The position numbers and the translations under genes were made by a program. From an uncultured bacterium (GTDB lineage Bacteria > CAZDME01 > JAYEMH01), in the NCBI GenBank assembly GCA_964506785.1, contig CAZDME010000010.1, positions 1 to 32,443 of the forward strand: DNA of 32,443 nucleotides, in the 5' to 3' direction. Positions 16,460 through 23,949 of the stretch are shown in pieces. The first letter of the stretch is position 1, and every line of letters starts with the position of its first letter. The notes below the pieces were generated by a model. It worked only from the letters and a program-made list of their open reading frames with translations, ran no database searches and was not told where the DNA came from.

Positions 16460-17704
16460 TTATAACCGCTTCGCATAAAGCGGAAATCTTAGGCAAAGTT
16501 TTTTTACTTCTTCTTTTATCCGGGAAATCTTTGACTCATTGTCAATATCTTTAAGCACCTCGGCTATCCAACCGCCGATTTTTTCCATCTCTTTTTCTTT
16601 CATTCCCCGGGTGGTCAAAGCCGGCGTTCCCACCCGCAGGCCGCTGGTGATAAAAGGGCTCCGGGTCTCAAAAGGAATAGTATTTTTGTTGACGATGATT
16701 CCGGCCCGGTCTAAAGCCGCTTCCGCATTCTTTCCGGTTATATCCTGAGGGGTAAGATCGATGAGAAAAAGGTGGTTATCCGTCCCTCCGGAAACAATAC
16801 GAAAACCGTTTTTTTTCATTTTTTCCGCTAAAACCCGGGCATTTTTGATAATCTGCCTTTGATACTCTTTGAATTCCGGACTAAGGGCCTCTTTAAAAGC
16901 GACTGCCTTGGCGGCAATGATATGCATTAAAGGCCCCCCCTGGATACCCGGAAAAATCATTTTATCAACTGCCTTGGCATACTTCTCCTGGCAGAGAATC
17001 ATTCCTCCCCGGGGACCCCGCAGGGTTTTATGGGTGGTTGAGGTAACGAATTCGGCCTCGGGCACCGGATTGGGATGAATCCCGGCGGCTACCAAACCGG
17101 CAATATGGGCAATATCGGCCATAATCATTGCCCCGGTTGAATCCGCAATTTTACGAAAAGCCTTAAAATCCAGGATTCGGGGATAGGCGCTGGCGCCAAC
17201 GACAATCATTTTAGGTTTGTGTTCTTTGGCCAGGCGCCCTAAGTTATCGAAATCAATCTGCTCGGTTTTTTTATCCACTCCATAAGAGATGACTTTATAA
17301 AATTTCCCCGAAAAATTAACCGGACTGCCGTGGGTAAGATGACCGCCGTGGCTTAAATCCATGCCCAATATGGTATCGCCGAAATTGAGAACGGCAAAAT
17401 AAACGGCCATATTGGCCTGAGAACCGCTATGAGGTTGGACGTTTACGTGCTCGGCAGAAAAAAGCTTTTTGGCCCGCTCGATGGCTAATTCTTCCGCCCG
17501 GTCGACAAATTCACAACCGCCGTAATAGCGCCTCCGGGGATAACCCTCGGCGTATTTATTGGTCATTACTGACCCCTGGGCTTCCAAAACGGCCTCGCTG
17601 GCAAAATTTTCCGAGGCAATCAGTTCCAGCTTATAAGCCTCTCTTTCGGTTTCTTCCTTTATCGCTTGAAAAATCTCTGCATCTACTTTAGCTAAATCAC
17701 TCAC
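16460..17704 (-). CDS. glyA: Serine hydroxymethyltransferase
   Basis: [34 protein letters not shown] (PLP Lys) and GGTDNH motifs. Confidence 0.99.
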   Translation of the reverse strand: MSDLAKVDAEIFQAIKEETEREAYKLELIASENFASEAVLEAQGSVMTNKYAEGYPRRRYYGGCEFVDRAEELAIERAKKLFSAEHVNVQPHSGSQANMAVYFAVLNFGDTILGMDLSHGGHLTHGSPVNFSGKFYKVISYGVDKKTEQIDFDNLGRLAKEHKPKMIVVGASAYPRILDFKAFRKIADSTGAMIMADIAHIAGLVAAGIHPNPVPEAEFVTSTTHKTLRGPRGGMILCQEKYAKAVDKMIFPGIQGGPLMHIIAAKAVAFKEALSPEFKEYQRQIIKNARVLAEKMKKNGFRIVSGGTDNHLFLIDLTPQDITGKNAEAALDRAGIIVNKNTIPFETRSPFITSGLRVGTPALTTRGMKEKEMEKIGGWIAEVLKDIDNESKISRIKEEVKKLCLRFPLYAKRL

Positions 17705-17792
17705 CGTTTTCCTCCCCTGAATACCCCATAGCCTTAAACTTCCGTCTTTCTACCGACTTTAATCTAATACTACTATTTGACTGTTTTTTAAA

Positions 17793-18245
17793 CTATTTTA
17801 AACAGCGCTTCTCCATTTGCTCAATCAGATTTATCCGTCTTCGATGTCTGCCGCCTTCGAATTTAGTTTTCAGCCAGGCCCTAATCATCGCCTTGGCCGT
17901 TTTTCTTGGCAAGGCTTCATCGATTACCAGGATATTGGCATCATTATGCTGCCGGCTTAAACGGGCATCTTTCAAATTATGAGAGAGTGCCGCCCGTATC
18001 CCTCTGATTTTATTAGCCGCTATCGACATCCCGATACCTGAACCGCAGATAAGGATTCCCTTAAGCGAGCGGTCTTTTTTCACCGCCAGAGCCACCTTTA
18101 AAGCAATTTTGGGATAATCGGTTGAAGCCGGCGAATTACAGCCGCAGTCAATAACCGTGAAATTCTGCCTGAGCAAATCTTTTTTTAAAGTTTCCTTAAG
18201 CTTGAACCCGCGATGGTCCGCACCAATAGCAATTTTTATTTTCAT
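17793..18245 (-). CDS. rpiB: Ribose-5-phosphate isomerase B
   Basis: GADHRG, DYP, CGSGIG, ANK, HNDAN and FEGGRH.RR motifs. Confidence 0.96.
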   Translation of the reverse strand: MKIKIAIGADHRGFKLKETLKKDLLRQNFTVIDCGCNSPASTDYPKIALKVALAVKKDRSLKGILICGSGIGMSIAANKIRGIRAALSHNLKDARLSRQHNDANILVIDEALPRKTAKAMIRAWLKTKFEGGRHRRRINLIEQMEKRCLK

Positions 18246-18712
18246 AATTCCTCAACCTTTTTTAAAATCCCCGGCAGGGTTTTTTTGATATTTTCCTTTG
18301 TTTTTCTATAAACCGACAAAGGTTTTCTAATGGGGTCTGGCAGGTCAAGAAAATTTCCTTCGGGTAAAAACTGGTTAATTAAAAATATTTTTGGCTCTAG
18401 GCCGGGATTTTTTTCTAACAGGTGCTGCCGGTGTTTTTTCTCCATGACAACGATAAGGTCGGCCTGGTTCAGTAACAAAGGGTCAAGCTTCTGGGCTCGA
18501 TAGTCCTTGGCGTCTATTCCATCTTCTTTCAAAACCCAGATTGTCCCGTGAATAGGCTTTAATCCCAGGGGGACAGCCGTTCCCGCGGAAGCAACTTGGA
18601 CTTTTTGGGAAAGCCCTTCTTCTTCCAATAATTTTTCAAAAAGTTTTTGCGCCATAACGCTCCGGCAGCTATTTCCCGTGCAGACGAATAAAACCAGCTT
18701 GCTGCCGTACAT
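18242..18712 (-). CDS. Low-molecular-weight protein phosphatase (YwlE-like, probable protein-arginine/tyrosine phosphatase)
   Basis: FVCTGNSCRS P-loop, SAGT, ADLIVVME..H and DP motifs; tsaC-PTP-rpiB-glyA order as in Bacillus ywlC-ywlE-ywlF-glyA; start placed at MYGSK. Confidence 0.88.
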   Translation of the reverse strand: MYGSKLVLFVCTGNSCRSVMAQKLFEKLLEEEGLSQKVQVASAGTAVPLGLKPIHGTIWVLKEDGIDAKDYRAQKLDPLLLNQADLIVVMEKKHRQHLLEKNPGLEPKIFLINQFLPEGNFLDLPDPIRKPLSVYRKTKENIKKTLPGILKKVEEL

Positions 18713-18713
18713 T

Positions 18714-19322
18714 TTAACAAAGGGCTTTTTTGATTTCCTTCGCACTAATTCTCCCTGTACGTAAAATCCGCCATTTTGCTTTGGTCAAATCAACTACGGT
18801 TGACGGCTGTCCGCAAATTTTCTCTTTCCCGTCGACAATCAACTCTATTTTTCCCCAGAAGGCCTTTTTTACCTGCTTTCCCGTTTTAAAGTCTTTTTTT
18901 CCGGAAAGATTGGCGCTGGTAACTACTAAAGGCGCTCTTACCTTCTTTAAAATGGCCAGGCCGATTTTATGATTTGGAATTCGGATGCCGACGCTTCCCT
19001 TTTTCTTCTTTAAAATCAGCGTTATCGGCCCGGGCGAAAATTTTTTAAGCAAAATCCCCGCTCTATCCGGAATTTCCGGAATTATATTTAAAATTTTCTT
19101 TGGTGAATCTACCTGAATGGTTAATCTCTTTGTAATCCGGCGCTTTTTTAACCGATAGATTCTTTTTACCGCTTTCCTATTATCTGCCAAAGCCGCTAAA
19201 CCAAAAACCGTTTCTGTCGGAAAAGCGGCGATTCCTCCTTCTTTCAAAACCTTGACGGCTTCTTTAATCCTTCCCGGCTCGGGACTTTTCGGATTAATCA
19301 AAAGGTACTTAGTTTTTGGCAT
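18714..19322 (-). CDS. tsaC: L-threonylcarbamoyladenylate synthase (TsaC/YrdC domain only)
   Basis: FPTETVFGL, K.R, PGPITLIL, GIRIP, TSANLSG and PSTVVD motifs. Confidence 0.93.
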   Translation of the reverse strand: MPKTKYLLINPKSPEPGRIKEAVKVLKEGGIAAFPTETVFGLAALADNRKAVKRIYRLKKRRITKRLTIQVDSPKKILNIIPEIPDRAGILLKKFSPGPITLILKKKKGSVGIRIPNHKIGLAILKKVRAPLVVTSANLSGKKDFKTGKQVKKAFWGKIELIVDGKEKICGQPSTVVDLTKAKWRILRTGRISAKEIKKALC

Positions 19323-19813
19323 TAAGAAAGTTTTTTGTTGCTTTCTCTTATTTCTTTGCTCAGGTTTTTTTTATAAGCCAGGAGTTTATTTTTAATCTTT
19401 TTATTATCTCCGGCCAAAATTTGCGCCGCGGCAATAGCCGCATTTACCGCTCCGGATTTTCCGATAGACATCACCGAAACCGGCACACCCCGGGGCATCT
19501 GCCACATGGAAATGAGGGCGTCAAAACCTTTTAACGGCTGCGAGACCAGCGGCACCCCGATTACCGGAAGGATAGTTTCGGCGGCAATAATTCCCGGAAG
19601 ATGCGCTGCCTTACCGGCTCCGGCGATAATCACCTTAAACCCTTTTTGTACGGCCGTCAAGGCAAACCTCGATGTTTCTTTGGGGCTGCGGTGGGCAGAA
19701 AGAATAAACATTTTATATTCTATTCCAAAATCTTCTAAGGTTCGGGCCGCCTCCTGCATTACCGGTAAATCAGAATTACTTCCCATTAAAACTGCCACCT
19801 GCGCCTTTTTCAT
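19322..19813 (-). CDS. purE: N5-CAIR mutase / AIR carboxylase PurE
   Basis: MGSNSD, SAHR.P, AGAGKAAHLPG and QMP.GVPV motifs. Confidence 0.97.
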   Translation of the reverse strand: MKKAQVAVLMGSNSDLPVMQEAARTLEDFGIEYKMFILSAHRSPKETSRFALTAVQKGFKVIIAGAGKAAHLPGIIAAETILPVIGVPLVSQPLKGFDALISMWQMPRGVPVSVMSIGKSGAVNAAIAAAQILAGDNKKIKNKLLAYKKNLSKEIRESNKKLS

Positions 19814-19835
19814 AATTTAACCCTTTCACGCTAAT

Positions 19836-21128
19836 TTAATTTCTTAATCGTTCCAGAGCCGTCTGCCCGATATCCCGGCGGAAATAAACTCCTTCGAAAT
19901 GAACAGCCTCAATCGCTCGATAGGCCCTTTTTATGGCTGATTCGATATCTTCGTCCCAGGCGGTAATTCCCAGCACCCTTCCGCCGGAAGTAACTATTTC
20001 GTCACCTTTTAATTTTGTCCCGGCCTGAAAAGCGGTTACCTGAGGAAGCTTTTTTAATTCTTCCAATCCCTCGATTATCTTTCCCTTTTCATATCTGTCC
20101 GGGTAACCTTTTGACGACAAAACCACGCAAACGGCTGCCCCTTTTCGCCATTTAAGCCTTTTATTTTTCAAACCGCTTCCGGAACAAAGCGGCAGAATTT
20201 CCATTAAGTCGGAATCGAGCAAAGGTAGAACCGCCTGGGTTTCCGGATCCCCAAAACGGACGTTATATTCCAAAACCTTTGGCCCTTTTGGGGTGATAAT
20301 CAAACCGACATAAAGAAGGCCTTTATAGGTTCGCCCCTCTTCCCTCAAGCCCCTGATTGTCGGGAACAATATCTTTTCTTCAATCTCTTTAAATACTTTT
20401 TCATTAATCACCGGCGCCGGCGCGTATGCCCCCATGCCTCCGGTATTTGGCCCTTTTTCTCCGTCATAAATCTTTTTATGGTCCTGGGAAGGCCTTAGCG
20501 GCAGGATATTTTCTCCGTCTGTAAAGATTAAAACCGTCGCTTCTTCTCCTTTAAGAAATTCTTCGATGATAACCTTATTTCCTGCTTCCCCAAAGATTTT
20601 TTCGGTTATAATTTTATCGATTGCCTCTTCGCCTTGGCGGAAATTTTTGATAATAAGCACCCCTTTCCCCGCGGCTAAACCGTCGGCTTTGACCACAATG
20701 GGCTTATCCGCCGATGGTAAAAGTTTCTCCAGATATTCTTTGGCGGCCGAGGCTTCTTCGAAAATCTTAAACGAAGCCGTCGGAATATTATATTTTTGCA
20801 TAAATTCTTTTGAAAAAGCCTTGCTGCCTTCGATAAGGGCCGCTTTTTTATCCGGCCCGAAAATATTAAGTCCTCTTTCGCTGAAATAATCGACTATACC
20901 TTCAACCAAAGGTTTCTCCGGCCCGACTATCGTCCAGTCTATTTTCTCTTTCCGGGCAAAGTCCGCCAGGGCGGGAAAATCATCGCCTGGGATATTGGCG
21001 CATTCTGCTAATTCTGATATCCCCGCATTACCCGGGGCGCAAAAAATTTTATCAACCTTTGGGCTCTGTTTAATTTTCCAAACTAAGGCATGTTCCCGGC
21101 CGCCTGAGCCGATAATCAATATTTTCAA
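19836..21128 (-). CDS. purD: Phosphoribosylamine-glycine ligase
   Basis: IGSGGREHA, VVKADGLAAGKGV, QDHK, GPNTGGMGAY and RFGDPE motifs; TTG start. Confidence 0.98.
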   Translation of the reverse strand: MKILIIGSGGREHALVWKIKQSPKVDKIFCAPGNAGISELAECANIPGDDFPALADFARKEKIDWTIVGPEKPLVEGIVDYFSERGLNIFGPDKKAALIEGSKAFSKEFMQKYNIPTASFKIFEEASAAKEYLEKLLPSADKPIVVKADGLAAGKGVLIIKNFRQGEEAIDKIITEKIFGEAGNKVIIEEFLKGEEATVLIFTDGENILPLRPSQDHKKIYDGEKGPNTGGMGAYAPAPVINEKVFKEIEEKILFPTIRGLREEGRTYKGLLYVGLIITPKGPKVLEYNVRFGDPETQAVLPLLDSDLMEILPLCSGSGLKNKRLKWRKGAAVCVVLSSKGYPDRYEKGKIIEGLEELKKLPQVTAFQAGTKLKGDEIVTSGGRVLGITAWDEDIESAIKRAYRAIEAVHFEGVYFRRDIGQTALERLRN

Positions 21129-21171
21129 ACCCGCATCCTTAATTATCCGCCGCTATGAGTTAGAAGCAAAT

Positions 21172-22776
21172 TTATTGATGCCTGAAATGTCTTACTCCCG
21201 TAAAAACCATACTGATATGTGCTTCGTTACAGGCATCTATTACATCCTGGTCGCGCTTCGAACCGCCTGGTTGAATGATTGCTTTAACCCCGATTTTAGC
21301 CGCTTCATCAATAGCGTCCCTGAAAGGAAAGAAGGCATCTGAGGCTAATACCAGGGAGTCTTTTTTACCAATCTCTATTTCTCTAAGTTTCATAATGGCG
21401 ATTTTTACCGCATCCACCCGGGACATCTGTCCGGCGCCGATTCCCACGGTTCTCTCGCCCTGGGCAATGACGATGGCATTAGATTTAACCTGTTTGACCG
21501 CCCGCCAGGCAAAAAGCAATGAAGCAAGCTCCTCTTTGCTTGGTTTTCTCTTGGTGGCAATTTTTAAGTCTTGGGATTTTATCCGGATGACATCCTTATC
21601 CTGGACCAGAAACCCTCCCAAAAGAGAGCGGTAATCCCACTGGCCGTTCTTTTTATCTCCGCCTGAGGAGGGAATCTCCACGACCCTTCTTTTTCCCTTT
21701 TCTTTAAAAAATTCCAAGGCTTCGCTGCTAAATCCCGGCGCAATAATAACTTCAATAAATTTTGTTGCATTTAATTCCTTGGCGGTTTCCTCATCTACCC
21801 GGCGGTTTAAACCAACCACACTGCCGAATGCGGAAAGCGGGTCGCCCGCCAGGGCTTTTCGGTAAGCCTCGCTTAATGTCTCCGCCGAAGCCAAACCGCA
21901 GGGATTAGTATGTTTAATGACGGCCGCTGTCGGCTTATCAAATATATTTACCGCTTCCCAGGCGGCGTTCATATCCAGGTAATTATTAAAAGATAACTCT
22001 TTTCCCTGGAACTGTTTGGCTCCGGCTAAACCTGATTTATTGCCGGGGAGGCAAAAAAAAGCCGCTTTTTGGTGGGGATTTTCGCCGTATCTTAAATCCC
22101 GGCTTTTTTCTAAGGCTAAAGTTATCTTTTCGGGTATTTTATCTGCCGGCCCGGTATCCTGAATTTGCCGGGGGTTCTCTGGGTTTTCCCTTCTTTCGTC
22201 TAAATATTCATTTATTATCCGGTCGTATTCCGCCGTGCGCTTGAAAGCCTCCTTGGCCAACCCATACAAGATTTTATCGGAAAGTTCTCCCTTATGATTT
22301 TCCAATTCTTCGATTAAGCTTGGATATTGTTTAGGATTTGTAATTACCCCCACCCATTTAAAATTTTTGGCGGCCGCCCGGATTAAGCTCGGCCCGCCGA
22401 TATCTATGTTTTCGATAATTTCTTCGAAAGTTGCTTTTTTTTCGTTTTTAACCTTTTCGAATGGGTAAAGATTAACCACTGCCAAATCAATCTTTTCGAC
22501 TCCTAATTTCTTTATCGTCTCCAAATCTTTAGCATTATCTCTCCTGGCTAAAATACCGGCAAAAATAAAGGGATGGAGGGTTTTTACCCGTCCCCCGAGA
22601 ATCTCTGCAGATTTAGTATAGTCAGCCACATTGGTTACCGGGATATTATTTTCCTTAAGGAATTTGGCCGTATTTCCCGTGGATAAAATCTCAACCTGAA
22701 AAGTTCTAAGCGCCTTGGCCAATTCAACTATTCCCGTTTTATCCGAAACGCTGATTAACGCCCGCCTTACCTTCAT
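21172..22776 (-). CDS. purH: Bifunctional AICAR transformylase / IMP cyclohydrolase
   Basis: RALISVSDK, GRVKTLHP, IDIGGP, LRYGENPHQ, KHTNPCG and SDAFFPF motifs; start placed at MKVRR (22776) after an AGGGAG RBS. Confidence 0.98.
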   Translation of the reverse strand: MKVRRALISVSDKTGIVELAKALRTFQVEILSTGNTAKFLKENNIPVTNVADYTKSAEILGGRVKTLHPFIFAGILARRDNAKDLETIKKLGVEKIDLAVVNLYPFEKVKNEKKATFEEIIENIDIGGPSLIRAAAKNFKWVGVITNPKQYPSLIEELENHKGELSDKILYGLAKEAFKRTAEYDRIINEYLDERRENPENPRQIQDTGPADKIPEKITLALEKSRDLRYGENPHQKAAFFCLPGNKSGLAGAKQFQGKELSFNNYLDMNAAWEAVNIFDKPTAAVIKHTNPCGLASAETLSEAYRKALAGDPLSAFGSVVGLNRRVDEETAKELNATKFIEVIIAPGFSSEALEFFKEKGKRRVVEIPSSGGDKKNGQWDYRSLLGGFLVQDKDVIRIKSQDLKIATKRKPSKEELASLLFAWRAVKQVKSNAIVIAQGERTVGIGAGQMSRVDAVKIAIMKLREIEIGKKDSLVLASDAFFPFRDAIDEAAKIGVKAIIQPGGSKRDQDVIDACNEAHISMVFTGVRHFRHQ

Positions 22777-22819
22777 CTTCTCCCTTTTCTCTTTTTCCTT
22801 TTGACTATGAGCCGCTTTG

Positions 22820-22910
22820 GCTTTTAGCTCTTCGCTCATAGCTCTTAGTTTTTTCTTACTATCGGCCATAAGCTGTCAGTTATGAGCTATTTGATATCAG
22901 CCACGAGCCA
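22820..22910. repeat. Degenerate heptamer tandem repeats in two mutually inverted blocks
   Basis: Minus strand TGGCTCG TGGCTGA TATCAAA TAGCTCA TAACTGA CAGCTTA TGGCCGA ... TAAGAGC TATGAGC GAAGAGC TAAAAGC. Confidence 0.7.
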
Positions 22911-22911
22911 G

Positions 22912-23949
22912 CTACACAACCCGCACTTCTTTTTTCCCCTGGACGATTGTCCCAATCGAATAAGCCTTAACCTTCATTTTCCTCAATTGCTGTAAAACCC
23001 GTAATTCATCCTTCTGGCCGATAACCAGAGTCATCCCGACACCCATATTAAAAGTCCGAAACATCTCGTAATCGTTAATATTGGCCTCTTTCTGGATAAA
23101 TTCAAAAATAGGATAAACCGGCCAGCTTCCCTTTTCGATAATGGCCGTCTTGTTTTCCGGAAGAATTCGTATAATATTGTCGTAGAAGCCGCCTCCGGTA
23201 ATGTGAGCCGCTCCTTTAAGAGAAAATTTTTCATTAAGGGCTAAAACCGTTTTTACATAAATCGCCGTGGGCTTAAGCAATTCTTGAGATAATTTTCTCT
23301 TCAAGGCGGTTACATTCTGATTTATTTTATATTTCAATTTTTCGAAAAAAATCTTTCGCGCTAAAGAGTATCCGTTGCTATGCAGTCCGTTGGAGGCAAG
23401 GCCGATTATTATATCGCCCCGGGCAATTTTTCTCCCGGTAATCATTTTGGATTTTTCGGCTATTCCCACGGCAAAACCGGCTAAATCAAAGCCGTCGAGA
23501 GGGTACACCCCGGGCATCTCCGCCGTTTCTCCGCCGATTAAGGCGCAGCCGGCTTCCCGGCAGCCCCGGGCGATTCCTTTAATCATCTCTTTGGTCCTTT
23601 TCCAATCGAGCTTTCCCATGGCGATATAATCGAGAAAGAATAAGGGTTCCGCCCCGTGAACGACTAAATCGTTTACTGACATAGCTACCAGGTCAATGCC
23701 GATAGTATCGTACCGGCCGGCCATTTTGGCGACGATGATTTTTGTTCCGACTCCATCGGTGGCGGCCACCAGTAAAGGCTCCTTATAATTTCGAAGAAAA
23801 GGTTTAAATAAACCGCCGAAACCGCCAATTTCGCCTATAACCCCGTCTCGGTCGGTTGTTTTAAGCAGCCGGCGGATTTCTTTTACCAGGCGGTTTCCTT
23901 CATCGATATTTACCCCGGCTTCTTTATAAGTCAGTTTTTTTTTCTTCAT
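22912..23949 (-). CDS. purM: Phosphoribosylformylglycinamidine cyclo-ligase (AIR synthetase)
   Basis: TYKEAGV, TDGVGTK, NDL...GAEP, GGETAEMP, HSNGYSL, HITGGG and TFNMG motifs; start MKKKKLTY overlaps the purL stop (ATGA). Confidence 0.97.
   Translation of the reverse strand: MKKKKLTYKEAGVNIDEGNRLVKEIRRLLKTTDRDGVIGEIGGFGGLFKPFLRNYKEPLLVAATDGVGTKIIVAKMAGRYDTIGIDLVAMSVNDLVVHGAEPLFFLDYIAMGKLDWKRTKEMIKGIARGCREAGCALIGGETAEMPGVYPLDGFDLAGFAVGIAEKSKMITGRKIARGDIIIGLASNGLHSNGYSLARKIFFEKLKYKINQNVTALKRKLSQELLKPTAIYVKTVLALNEKFSLKGAAHITGGGFYDNIIRILPENKTAIIEKGSWPVYPIFEFIQKEANINDYEMFRTFNMGVGMTLVIGQKDELRVLQQLRKMKVKAYSIGTIVQGKKEVRVV

Noticed and set aside
18242-18712. Arsenate reductase ArsC (CTGNSCRS)
   Set aside because: Lacks the downstream redox Cys pair of thioredoxin-coupled ArsC. 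It has the PTP-type ME..H motif and ywlE-like synteny.
22777-22869. 31-aa N-terminal extension of PurH
   Set aside because: Made of heptamer repeats. A good RBS and the start of homology lie at 22776.
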